Shown: one piece after another, positions 36,251 to 48,549 of the stretch | How positions within the stretch are numbered: the first letter of the stretch is position 1 | Layout of the letters: each line of letters starts with the position of its first letter | Assembly: GCA_028534125.1 (NCBI GenBank) | Contig: CM052816.1 | Span: 42,224,001-42,288,000, forward strand | DNA: 64,000 nucleotides | Reading direction: 5' to 3' | Source of the DNA: Lama glama | Lineage: Eukaryota | Program-made: the position numbers and the translations under genes | The notes under the pieces: generated by a model | Seen by the model: only the letters and a program-made list of their open reading frames with translations | What the model was told of the DNA's origin: nothing | Databases searched by the model: none

Positions 36251-37304
36251 ATGAGTTTGTCATCTTTAATCAGTGAATCATTTTCTAACAATTTCTAAAT
36301 TTCAACATCAACGTCCAGTAATAGGGTGTTTGAGTGAATATACAATAGATGACCATAAAGAAAAACTCCTATAAATCTGAAATATTTGTGATTGTCCTAA
36401 ATAAACATGGGTAATAATTTTTCTATTCTTCAGGTCATAACTTGAAATTGCAGTTCATATTCCTTCTAAAAGTTTGGGGACCTCTAAGAATCAATAATTA
36501 GTTTAAAATATGAATTTAAAATACCAACATAAATTTTAAACAGTCATCTCACTTGATGAAACAGCTGGTAATGAATACCTGCCATCTATTAATACAATTA
36601 ACTGTTTTCATAGGACCACGGGCAAATGATCAAAAGTAACTGTAAACACTTAAAGCAACTTTTAAAAAATGCAAACACATGGTAATGTCCTACTTTACTG
36701 TTATTACTGGTTTGTCTAATCTGTTTGGGACTATTTTACTAAAGACAGAGGTAACTTCTTAACTGTTCTTTCCCCGAAAGATAATATTCTTGTGAGCAGC
36801 AAATAATCTCAAAATTTATTTGTTAAGTAAATTATCATGAACATAAAAAAATTTTCTAATAGAAACATTGTAATAAATGGTAGTTAAATTCTCACACTTA
36901 CTTATAAGATACCATTTAATTCATAGTGTACCAAAAGTAAGTACAAAATATACCCTTTCAACTACACCAAGCCACCACATATATTTCTATAGTGGTAATT
37001 TTAAAGAAGGTGACTCTTAAGACTCTGATGATGGGGACAAGGATTTATGTATTTGTTGAGAAGGAAAGATAGATGAACTTGGATCACAACAATTTGTTTT
37101 CTTTAAATTGTATCTTTCAAGTTAAACTGTTAAACTGTCTATTTTCATTTAAAATTATAATAAAAACTTCAAGAAATGCTTCAAATTAAGCTTTGCTATA
37201 TTCTAGGGACATTGTACAACAGAAAATCATAAATCCAATCAGCAGGGCCTTTCAACTTTTTATCAGTGTTCTCAAATTCAGTTGCTTAAGAATTATCTAG
37301 TTAA

Positions 37305-38298
37305 TTTCCAGAATATACAAATAGCTCATACAACTTAATAACAAAAACCCACACAACCCAATCCAAAAATGGGCAGAAGACCTAAACAAGCATTTCTCCA
37401 GTGAAGACATACAAATGGCCAATAGGCACATGAAAAAAAATGCTCAATATCTCTAATTATCAGAGAAATGCAAATTAAAACTACAATGAAGTATCACCTC
37501 ACACCAGTCAGAATGGTCATCATTCAAAAGTCCATGAACGATAAATGCTGGAGAGGGTGTAGAGAAATTCCCACCACACTGCTGGTGGGAATTTAAATTG
37601 GTACAGCCATATGGAAAACAGTATGGAGATTCCTCAAAAAACTAAAAATAGACTTACCATATGATCTAGCAATCCCACTCCTGGGCATATATCTGGAGGA
37701 AACTCTAATTCAAGATGATACATGTACTCCAATATTGATAGCAGCACTATTTATAACAGTCAAGACATGGAAATAACCTGAATGTCCATCAACAGATGAC
37801 TGGATAAATAAGTTGTGGTATATTTATACAATGGAATACTATTCAGCCATAAAAAAGAATAAAATAATGCCATTTGCAGCAACATGGATGGACCTGGAGA
37901 CTGTCATACTAAGTGAAGTAAGCCAGAAAGAGAAAGAAAAATGCCATATGATATCACTTAAATGCCAAATCTAAAAAAAATGACAAAAAGGAACTTATTT
38001 ACAAAACAGAAACAGACTTACAGACATAGAAAACAAACTTATGGTTACCTGAGGGGAAAAGCAGTGGGAAGGGATAAATTGGGAGTTCAAAATTTGCAGA
38101 TACTAACTACTATATATAAAGTAGATAAACAAGTTTCCACTATATAGCACAGGGAACTATATTCACTATCTTACAGTAACCTACGATGAAAAAGAATATG
38201 AAAAGGAATGTATGTCTGTATACATATGACTGAAACATTACACTATACACTAGAAATTGACACAACATTGTAAGCCTACTAGACTTCAATTAAAAAAC
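37305..38298 (+). mobile_element. Camelid-type L1, 5'-truncated ~1 kb (ORF2 C-terminus and 3' UTR)
   Basis: TSD ttatcta[g/a]ttaa at 37293-37304 and 38299-38310; decayed ORF2 Cys-rich region 'tgctggagagggtgtagagaaa...cactgctggtggga'. Confidence 0.95.
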
Positions 38299-38309
38299 TT
38301 ATCTAATTA

Positions 38310-38460
38310 ACTATGTGAGGTGATGGACATGTTAATTAGCTTGGTGGCAGTTACTTTACAATGTATATGTATATTAAAATGTCAAGTTCAGCCCTTGTTC
38401 TTTAAATATATATAGTTTTTATTTGTCAACTGTAACTCAATAAAGATGGAGAGAAAAAAA
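38310..38460 (+). mobile_element. L1MA-like 3' end, flanked by MER5-like arms (37264-37292 and ~38461-38600)
   Basis: 'aactatgtgaggtgatggacatgttaattagcttg...tttatttgtcaactgtaactcaataaagatggag'. Confidence 0.8.
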
Positions 38461-38701
38461 GAATCTCCTAGCAACATTATTAAAATTCCTTCAATCTTTC
38501 ATCACCCTATACTACAAACATATTGATTCATAGGTTTAGGGTGGGATTGATAAATTTTCATTTTTAGTAAGTACTCTACCCTCAAAATACTGACCCCAGT
38601 TCACAGAGAAGGACATCTCTAGATAAAATATACACTCAAGGTTATGGGTGTATATCAAATCCCTGATTTTTTAATCCCTTTACCATCAATATATACCATA
38701 T

Positions 38702-38943
38702 CATATATCTATACACATCACATATATTTGTTTTCATATTTTTTCATTAAAGGTTATTACAAGACATTGAATATAGTTCCCTGTGCTATACAGAAGAAAT
38801 TTGGTTTTTATCTATTTTTTTTTTATATATAGTAGTTAACCTTTGCAAATCCCAAACTCCCAAATTTATCCTGTTTCACCCCCTTTCCCCTGGTAACCAT
38901 AAAATTGTTTACTATGTCTGCGAGTCTCTTTCTGTTTTGAACA
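38702..38943 (-). mobile_element. Camelid-type L1 3' UTR fragment
   Basis: 'cattaaaggttattacaagacattgaatatagttccctgtgctatacag...cccctggtaaccataa'; flanking repeat atataccatat at 38691-38701 and 38944-38954. Confidence 0.85.
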
Positions 38944-39274
38944 TATACCATATTTTTTAAAAGCACAATGGCCCTATTGGCATCCCCACCTATTCCCCAT
39001 CCAATCCTAATTAGTAAAAATAGTTTAAGCATCCACTTGTAATTTAAGACCGGCACCCTGCACTAGGGTAATCTGGTAACCTCCTCTGTTCTGACACACA
39101 GTGCTTTAGTGAATAGCATTTAAATATTTGGGTCATTGCCAAAATTCAATATGCATTTTTTTGTCTTTTTTTAAAAAAATGTTTTTATTTATAGTCTAAA
39201 CATTTTTGTTCCACAATGAAAATAATAACTCATAAAGTATTTACCTGATGTCATTGTTTTCATGTTATTATAAC

Positions 39275-40415
39275 TATTTTTAACAGCTTTATTGGGATAT
39301 AATTTATACCATAAAGTTCACTTGTTTAAGTGTGTTTAAGAATACAATTCAATGGCATTTAGAATATATACAAATTGTGCAACCATTACTATAATGTAAT
39401 TTTAAAACATTTTCATCATCCCCAAAAGAAACAAAATCCTATACCCATTAGCACTCACTTCTCATCCTTTTCCTTCCCTGGAAACAAACCCTAGTCAACC
39501 ACTAACTTACTTTCTGTCTCTACAGATTTGCTTATACTGTGTTTTTCGTATAAACGGAATACATTATGTGGTTTCTTGTGACTGGCTTCTTTCACCCAGA
39601 ACAACGTTTTCGAGGTTCATCCATGTTGTAACATGTATCAGTAATTTCCCTTTTTTACAGCCAAGTAATATTGCACTGTATGGATATACAACATTTTGTC
39701 TATCCATTCACCTGTTGATGGACATTTAGATTGTTTCCATTTTTTGGCTATTATGAATAATACTGTTATGAGTATTCATATACAAGTTATTGCTGTATGT
39801 TTTCAATTCTCATAGGTATATACCTAGGAGTAGAATTTCTAGGTCACATGATAACTCTGTGTTTAACATTTTGAGGGGCTGCTAAACTGTTTTCCAGGAC
39901 AGCTGTACCATTTTATATTTCCATCAAGTAATGTGGAAGGTTCCAATTTCTCCAAATCCTTGACAACACTTGCTATTACCTGTCTTTTCTATTAGAGCTA
40001 TGCTAGTGAATATGAAGCAGAATTTCAATGTGGCTATGATTTGCTTTTCCCTAATGCCTAATGATGTTGAGCCTCTTTTCATGTGTTTGTGATTTGTTCA
40101 TCTTTTTTTGGAGAAATACTTATTCTTATCCTTTGCCAATTTAAAAATTGTCTTGTCATTTTATTAGAGTTGTAAGAGTTCTTTATACAGTCGGGATATA
40201 TGTTCAAATATATGATTTGCAAATATTTTCTCCTAGTCCATAGGCTGTCTTTTCACATTCCTGATGGTGTCCTTGAAGCACAAAAGTTTTAAATTTTGAT
40301 GAAGTTCAAGTTAACAATTTTCTATCACTTGTGCTTTTGTTGTTATGTTTAAGAAAGAGTTGCCTAACTCGAGAGCATGAAGATTCACTTCTGTGTTTTC
40401 TTCTATGAGTTTTAC
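39275..40415 (-). mobile_element. L1MB-like 3' ~1.1 kb
   Basis: 'ttttaacagctttattgggatataattt...gaggttcatccatgttgtaacatgtatcagta...tttgcaaatattttctcc'. Confidence 0.9.
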
Positions 40416-42574
40416 TAGCGTGATTATTTTTATAGATGTGAATGAATGGGAAATGAGATTTAAAGTGGTATAATCAGAGAGCTATCAAGAGAAAACATTT
40501 CAATTACTTAATTTTACAGATAATAATTATTAGGATTATGGGATAGTGCCTGAGCATGAACTCCAACTACACATAAATTGATAAAGAGAAGAAATACCAA
40601 TAAAGAGAGAACTGCAGTCATGGTGGACCTAAAAGGACTTAAGGAGTAGGTAGGGAACCTGGATTGGTGAGAAGTCATAGGAGGACTTTGTCACTCTGCC
40701 CAGGGCAACTCTGGGGGACCCTCCAAAGTAGCTCTGAGAGCTGCCAGCCGTAAGAGAGAAGTCAGGAACCCTAACTCCTGCCCTCAAACTGTAGGACATC
40801 AGTGAGGGGGAATGGAGTCATTTCCAGGTCCTACAATGAAATACAGACTGGGTATAATACAGGCTTGATCATCCATTTGTCACCATGAGAATGGGAGGTT
40901 GATCCTTCTCCAGCTGGTTGAGAGGTATCTCCAAGCACAAGAAAGTATCTATTTTGCCACCATCCCTAGCACTCCACAGATGCTACCTTTTAGGTCTAAC
41001 GGCCAAATACCCGGAATCACTGATCAACTGTTCTCCATGTCGAGATGGGAAGAAGAACCAGAAAGATACTATTATTTTATAACAGAAGAAATACAGGTGA
41101 GGATAAAAGAAACATTTACTGATGGCCTGTCAAAGTAACTTCATCAAGAAACAAATATCACTGGCATTTTGAATCCAGTTTCCCCTTCACATTTCCTATG
41201 TTATGTGAAGAAGAGATGTCTCCTAATTCAGTGAACAGATTGCATGAGTGAAAAATGGGGTACATAGTGTTGAAACATTACTCCTTTCCTTCAAAACACA
41301 ATACAGAGCAAAATGTTCAGTGCGAACTATTTGATATATTGTACTACACATTCAATACGTTTTAGATCCTCTGGTTTTTTAAAATATTTCTTTAAAGCAA
41401 CTATAGTACTGCTTCCCCAAGCTTCATTATCTTTATGCCGCTGCTACTGCTATGGAAATCATGTCTTTTTCCAATGGACAGTTTCTGAAAAAGTCACTGT
41501 ACCGTGAAGGTATTCCAGAAGGCATCATTCATGGAAAACAAACTCAATCACAACACAGTGGTAAAATGGGAAAGGTCATTTGCCAGCCTAGTAGAGAACA
41601 AAATGTCTTCAAAGGACCTGACAGAGAAAAAAACAAAGTGTCCTTTGTATCTGGCATCCTTCGTGTAATAATCTATAAGTACTCTTAACCCATGATTTGA
41701 TATATACTCATAACACATGATTCATTCTCTATCCTATACAGAAACTGAGAACATTTTGAAGATAATTCATTCTTACCTGAGTGGATTGGTTTGATGGGTC
41801 CTCTCTTAAAGACAGGTAATGGATAACCTGAATTTTTTAGTCTTTTCAACCCTAGAATTCTATGGTCCCATAAAATGGTTGTTTTAAAGACAGAGTAAAC
41901 CAATTAGATAGGTTTTTCTTATTACACAAAAATAATTGGTGGATTCAGGAACAGAGCTCAATTTGCAGCTAACTTTGGTCTAGAATTCCTTACTCTTTGA
42001 GATATCATTACTTACATGTTTTATTCTTACTTTAAAATTTTTCACTAAATATTTGCTAATATTTTTCTACTTTGATATAATGTTATCTACTTGTTTCTTA
42101 AAACAATGTCCATGATAGAAAATTGAGGTTTTGAAATACAATCAACTTTGCAAGCACAGTGACACATTAAATTCTCTCACATTAATGTGACTCAGAATAG
42201 TTATATCATCTTCTCAAATCAAGCCTTTCAATATGGACATGAATCATCCCACAAACATGAACTTACTTTGTCAAGCCTTTCTGTACAGAGATGGATTATA
42301 AAATTTATGAAAGTTTCTTTGGCTAAATGTATTGCAAATGCAGACACTAATCTACAGGCCAAATAAAAGTCACTGGAGTACCACACTTAAAAACAGATTT
42401 AATCAAGACAATAACTCGTCTATTCATGAAGAGAATAATCTGGTGATGGAACAGGGTAGAAGAAGTGAGGAAAACTATGAAACAAAAAATTAGAGGGCCT
42501 GAATTCCAGTGAAGACTATGCTACTACGTTCTTCTATAAACTTGAGCAGATTAACTTCTCAGGGTACATTAATG

Positions 42575-43065
42575 AGGAATATGTGCCGAGGTATGAGTAA
42601 CAGAAAAAATGATTAAAGTGGCTTAAGAAATAAAGACATCTAAATGTGTCACAGAGGAGAAAGTCCAGATTTGGTGCAGTGGCTGGCTGCAATTATCAAA
42701 GATTCGAGCTCTTTCCATCCTCCTACTCTAGTGCTCTCCATCTCATAGTCCCAAAATGGCTGCCAAGCTCCAAGTATCACACTCCCATTCAGTCAGGGAG
42801 ACTGAAAAAGATTTTTATCTTTTATCTAGCTACTTTTTCTTTAGCAGTGAAAGGATTTTTTTTCCCTGAAGCAATCCAGCAGATTACCCCTTTTATGTTG
42901 TTGGCCAAAACTTGGTCACATGACTACCCTTATAGACAAGACAGTCTGGGAAAGTGAGTATCTGGCTTATGCAGCCTCTATAGAGAGTGACAGACAAGGG
43001 AGAAGGGAGCCTCATGGCTCTGTCTAAAAAATGTGGGAGTTGGGTAAACTGACCTCTCAGGCATG
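42575..43065 (-). mobile_element. MLT1-like LTR (old)
   Basis: 'agtggcttaagaaataaagac...cccaaaatggctgcc...ttggccaaaacttggtcacatgactaccc...gtctgggaaagtgagta'. Confidence 0.75.
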
Positions 43066-44213
43066 GCTCTAGACTAATGACTAATTTTTGAAAATACACA
43101 GTAATGAAAAACAAGTGATCTGACTTTTACTTCATTTATTTTTAAGAGGCTTCAGTTTTTATTCAAAGTTCCTGTGATGGCACTCCCCCACCATCTAAAA
43201 ACAAAATAAAACAAACTTTCTCCATCCATGATTCCGAAGTTATAAAGTGAACAATCTCTCCCCTCCCCTAACTAGGAAAAAAAAAAACCTTCTGAGTGGT
43301 CCAGACACTGAGTCATTCAATTTAACTTTAACTTTGATGGGGCTGCATCTATTTTTGGGGTCTTGCCATCGTGGTTTAAGAACACTGACTGTCTGCAGAT
43401 ACTTAAGATATTTTTTCCCAACTCCTCTCTGAGTTTATGCTGCACTAAATTTAAAATGGAAAATTGATGATGTAAAAGGTTGAGTAAATACATCTATTGG
43501 AATAAACATGAGTGATCATTTTCTTAAAAATACATCCAGAGAATTCAAAATGTATTGAATTTGTCCAACTGATATTCTATTTATGGTATCTCATATGCCC
43601 ATGTAATATTACAATGTACCTCTGGTTCATTTTTCACAGAGAATTACACAGCTGCCCCTAATTAGTAAAAGCACCCCGACATTGAATAAATGTTCATTCT
43701 GAAATTAAAACAAGGCACTACATGAGAAAAGCTTGGTAGCCAGAATGCTACCAGCTGTGTTCACCAGATGTGATCGTAGAGTGACAGCAAACAATGGTGC
43801 AGTCAGCCTACTGGTTAGTTGGAAACTGTGGACACTCAGACAATACATACCCAATGGTCTGCTCAAAACTACCATGCAAAAATGCTTGTTTTACCCAGAT
43901 ACTCTATGGGAATATTTAGCTGTTACATTGTAAATGCTGTTATTTTGGTTTCTAAAAATGTCATGACAGGAAATGATTCCACGGAGTAGTTGCCAAGATG
44001 GCTGTTGGGCAGAACAGAGAGGAAAAAAAAAAAAAAGTTAAACCTAGAGAACAAGAAGCTGGAAAGGTGAAAACACCACTTACTCTTTGCAATAAAAGAT
44101 TCTTATAATACAAAATAAATTTGATTTTCCCCCCCATTTGTCATCACACAGAAGGCTGATCATGCTTAAAGAGTCCCTACTGCTCATTGTCCCAAAGGTT
44201 ATAATGTCTGCCT

Positions 44214-44335
44214 CCTTACCTTTGGATCAGTCACCAGGTTGATAAAGTGACTAAAGGAGGACATCCAGTTTATAGAGAGGCAGGAGGTGACTCCTACTCT
44301 TCCTTACACCCCAGTTGCAGCCAATAGTCCGTCAA
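44214..44335 (-). promoter_or_regulatory. Candidate TATA/CCAAT promoter with short first exon and splice donor
   Basis: Minus strand in order: TGACG 44334-44330, ATTGG 44325-44321, GGGGTGT 44312-44306, TATAAA 44274-44269, Inr TCACTTT 44250-44244, donor AAG|GTAAGG at 44220/44219. Confidence 0.5.
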
Positions 44336-45749
44336 GGCCTTTTGGTAAGAATTTCTGCAGGTTCAGAAATGCCCATGCTCATGCTATTTTTTCATTCTCT
44401 CCCTGTCTGAGAATTGCAAGGTGAGGACAGGTAAAAATAGAGGCTGCTCAGGAAATAACTGTAGTTAATACCACATTAGGTATCTGACCTTCCTCAGAGG
44501 GATGCTAAGGTTTAGTAACTTAAGAGCTGTAGACACTCAAAAACAAAGAAATGGTAAGAGGAGGGGAAAGGAGGAGGGAGGAGAAACTAAGTAAGTTTTT
44601 CTCCCTGAATAGGTTCAGGTTATAGAACAGCTCTTCCCAAGTATAAATTTCCTGGTTTAGCCAGCTTACTTCTCATCAATAGTACTTATCAATTATGTAC
44701 CTATCTTTAAGTAATCATTTGTCTTACCTGACTGCTCTTTCTGCGAGATCTACAAATATTCAGAAACCACAACAGACCCCTAAAGAATCGCCTTATAGAG
44801 AAAAATAGCTATCTATATATACATTAGTAAGGAGGTAGCCATAACTCATAAGTAAAATCATTTCAGAAAATTTCCAACATATCTACTTTCACTGCTTTCC
44901 AAATTAAACTCATATTCTCCTCTTCTAAGGCAACATGAATGCATTCCTTCCACCCATTATTCTCAGGCTCCCACTTAATCCTTTACTATCTAGTAGGTTT
45001 CTCATGGGTTTTAAAGTATAAGTTGCATACAGTTTTATTACTCAAATTCTTACATCCCTGTATCCTCCCAAATTACACATTTCCTTGCATGTAATAAGTG
45101 CTAGGGTACAGACATTGTAAACTTTCATAAATATATATTTTTTTAACCCAGCAAGGTAGAGAGGGGTGAAGAAGGAGTGAAGGAAGTAGGGGAGAAAGGA
45201 AGGAAAAAGAAGGGAAGCGAAGTCAATAAATTTGTTGAACATGATTTTTGGCAAGTGGCAGAGATGGGGTATAACTGCCTCCACATTCATGTTTGTTAAG
45301 TGGAGTAATTTTATTTTCATCCCTTGTGTATGATATTATTTTAAGTTTAGAGTCAGATGTGAGATCAAAGCTAGAAAAGTTACCACCATGCCTTCAAGAC
45401 ATGAGGTAGGCTCCCTGCCCCCCAGCCTCCTGCAGTCCCAGGGCAGTCAGGGCAGGGCCATCTTTAAGGAGAGCACTTTCTCCCCTGGTCATGCCTGGTC
45501 CTCTAGAGATGAGAATGTGCAAGCTTATTAGAAGTCTGACTCTGGTTAGGAAAAAATAAAGTACTCATGGTTACTCAACTTAATACTTAGCACTTCAATA
45601 TTTAAGTGCATTTATCTATTTGTTCATGTATTCATACATAAGAATTAACTATAAAAATACTTCAACAATTAGATAATCTCAACTATCAAGAAATTACAAT
45701 GAACTATCCTTCATTATTATGGTGATATGTCATCATTTTTAAATTTGGT

Positions 45750-45848
45750 TGTCTTTTTTTACATTTAAAAAAATTTATACGATTTTTAAAGATTACTTTA
45801 CATTTACAGTTTTTTACAAAATATTGGCCACATTTCTCATGTTCTGTT
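45750..45848 (-). mobile_element. Short L1 3' end
   Basis: 'tttacatttacagtttttacaaaatattggccacatttctcatgttctgt'. Confidence 0.55.
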
Positions 45849-45870
45849 ACCAATTCCAGAAGCATTACTT

Positions 45871-46010
45871 TTGTTTTTTATTGTTGTTGTTTTTTCAGAG
45901 GTAGGTAATTAGGTTTTTATTTATTATTTTTAGGCGAAGTACTAGGGATTGAACCGAGGACCCTGTGCATGTTAGGCACATACTCTACCACTGAGCTATA
46001 CCTCCCCTTC
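45871..46010 (-). mobile_element. tRNA-derived SINE, camelid Vic-1-like
   Basis: Minus strand GGGGAGGTATAGCTCAGTGGTAGAG (box A)...GGTTCAATCCCTAGTAC (box B), tail 'aataaataaaaacctaattacc'; perfect 14-bp TSD cagaagcattactt at 45857-45870 and 46012-46025. Confidence 0.9.
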
Positions 46011-47134
46011 TCAGAAGCATTACTTCTGGATAAGTAGGTTAATAGACAATTGTAAATCTTTTTTTTTTTTAATAATTGGGTTAAAACTAAAGAGTGAAAA
46101 ACAGCTAAAGATCTGTTAAATGTGTCAAAAAGAGAGCTTTTCTTATTTTCTTTTAAATAATTATCTAAAAAATAAGACTATTACTGGTATTGATTACTTG
46201 AATGTGTGAAAGAAAGTGCACCTTTTACATTCTGTTTTACAGTGGATAAGAGAGTATAATTCAAATAGATCTGAAACTTGATTTTTCATTTCTCTGCTGA
46301 GCGAGTATTGATTTCTTAAATTCATTTTTAAGCTATTTGTGATTCATCTAGTATTGGTCTACTTTTCAGATCTGAGGCATCTCTTGTAAAAATGCATTCC
46401 TCGATTATCAGACAATTTAGATAAATGTCAAGTTCACACACCTAAGGAGAAGAAAAGGCTTTCTAACAATCTTCCCTTATCACTGAGGAAAGAGTTTGTT
46501 GTCAATGAAATGCTAGACAGCACAGATATAATTGCCTCAGAAATCTTGAAAAATAAATTTGTTTCCTGGGGCACCTATAACACAAACATCAGAGGTCAAA
46601 AACAGAGTGATACAGACCATGAAGATACATGGCTACCTAGCTATTATTGCTAAAAAATTAATTAAAACTTGGGGAGTGATGGGTAAATAAAAAGATAATT
46701 TGATGGAGGAAGTAAAATTTTTAAAATGTCTACTAGGAGTTGAACACATAATAGATAAAGTATCATAGAATTGAGGCTATGTTGCACTGAATGAATCTAA
46801 ATGTATTCTAGACGTAATCCTGGCTAATTTTGCTATTACAGTGAGATATTTAGCACTGTAACACTATAATTTACCACTGCTTATTCATTTAATATTAAAT
46901 CCAACAACACCAACAAGAAAATACTATGTACAATTTGGGCCACCAGCTAAAAATAAAACACACCACTAACCTCCAGGAATTTACAGGAATTTTCCTTCTC
47001 AAGAAGAAGAGAAACCATATAAATATAAAACAAACTATAGTGTAGTATTTAATTAAGTCATCTATAAAGCAAAGTACTAAAGACTGGGAAGAGGAAAGTA
47101 TCATGATGTGAAGAAACTCTAATAAGGATCATAC

Positions 47135-47455
47135 CGTGGATACTTGTTGGTTTGGACACACTTAGCAAATTTTTTTTTGGCAAACCACACTGCAGCAACT
47201 TTCAGTCCATGAGGATGGGTGGCCCTTCACCCAGGAATATGGGAAAGTGAGCACATGACTCAGATCTGGCCAATTAGAACACCTAATTGCCTAGACACAC
47301 CAATTGATCTGGGGTGGGCGTGTGAGCGAGTTCGCCATCTCAAAGTGAATCCTACTACTTGTGTGGAAACCACAATAACAAGTGCTGTATTCTTCAATCT
47401 ACTTAAACCCAAGGAGAGCTCTGACAACCAACTGGCCATCAGATGTCATCTGAGA
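47135..47455 (+). mobile_element. Old MLT/ERVL LTR fragment
   Basis: 'gagcacatgactcagatctggccaattagaac'. Confidence 0.5.
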
Positions 47456-47459
47456 AGGT

Positions 47460-47940
47460 AAATTAGTATTCTGTGGCTACCATAAAAAATCACCACAAAT
47501 TTGGTGGCTTAAAACAATGGAAATTTTTTTTTCTCTCACAGTTCTGGAGGGGAGAAGACTCAAGTCCAAAATCAAAGCGTCCTCAGGGCCATGCTCTTTC
47601 TGACTCCAGGAAATAATCCTTCCTTTCCTCTTCCTAGCTTCTGGTGGTTGTCAGCAATACTTGCTGTTCCTTGGTGTGTAGACACAACATTCCAATCTCT
47701 GTCTCCAACTTCACATGAAATTCTTCCTGTGTCTCCTCTGTGTCTCTGTGTCCAAATCTCTATTTCCTTGTAAAGACATCAGTCATTGGATTTGGGGCCC
47801 ACTCTAATCAAGTGTGATCTCATTTTAACTTGATTACATCTGCAAAGACTATTTCCAAATATTTCAAAGGTCATATTCACAGGTATCAGCAGCTAAGACT
47901 TCAACATATCTTCTTGAGGGACACAAATCAACCCACAACA
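47460..47940 (-). mobile_element. MLT1B/MLT1C-like solo LTR
   Basis: 'ggctaccataaaaaatcaccacaaatttggtggcttaaaacaa...tcacagttctggagg...gggacacaaatcaacccacaaca'. Confidence 0.9.
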
Positions 47941-48458
47941 GACTAGAGGACAAAGTGACCTCCAAGTCACTCATAGTGATCTGATACTGCTTAATTTAGC
48001 ACTGAAAACATATGCTATGAGTGAAATTAACTGATATCTCTTTTAGTGAAGCATATAATTATAAATAATGGCACTGAGAAGTGACACAGCTCCTCTTTCT
48101 CTGATAAATGCTACTGGGCAAGGGAACCAGAGAAAGTGTGTTAGGCATCTCTGTTGCAGAATAATTGAAATCATGATACTTTTATTTCAACTAACTAATT
48201 AAACTCAAGGAAGAAACTCAGGAAAAAAGAATCAAATAGTATCATTAAATGGCCAACTAAGTTCAGAACTATTCAGAAACAAAATGAACCAAGTAAGTCA
48301 AATAATTTCAGATGGTCACTTACTAATCACAAATATTTTTAACGGCTTAGCTACATATGAGTGATGTCTTATTCACTAAGGAATGTCTCATGGAATTAAC
48401 ACTGGTTATAGTCAGAAGACTTAGGTTTTAGTCCAAACTCTAGCTAGCTCTATAACTT

Positions 48459-48549
48459 TAGGAAAGACTTTTAGTTACTCTAGATTTTTTTCTGTAAAAT
48501 GAATGTAGGAAAGACTTTTAGTTACTCTAGGGTTTTTTTCTGTAAAATG
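48459..48549 (+). repeat. 47-bp-period tandem duplication within a MIR
   Basis: 'taggaaagacttttagttactctag...ttttttctgtaaaatg' starts at 48459 and again at 48506. Confidence 0.9.

Noticed and set aside
45936..46007. tRNA-like sequence with A and B boxes
   Set aside because: It is a SINE head (tail plus TSD, imperfect stems), not a tRNA gene
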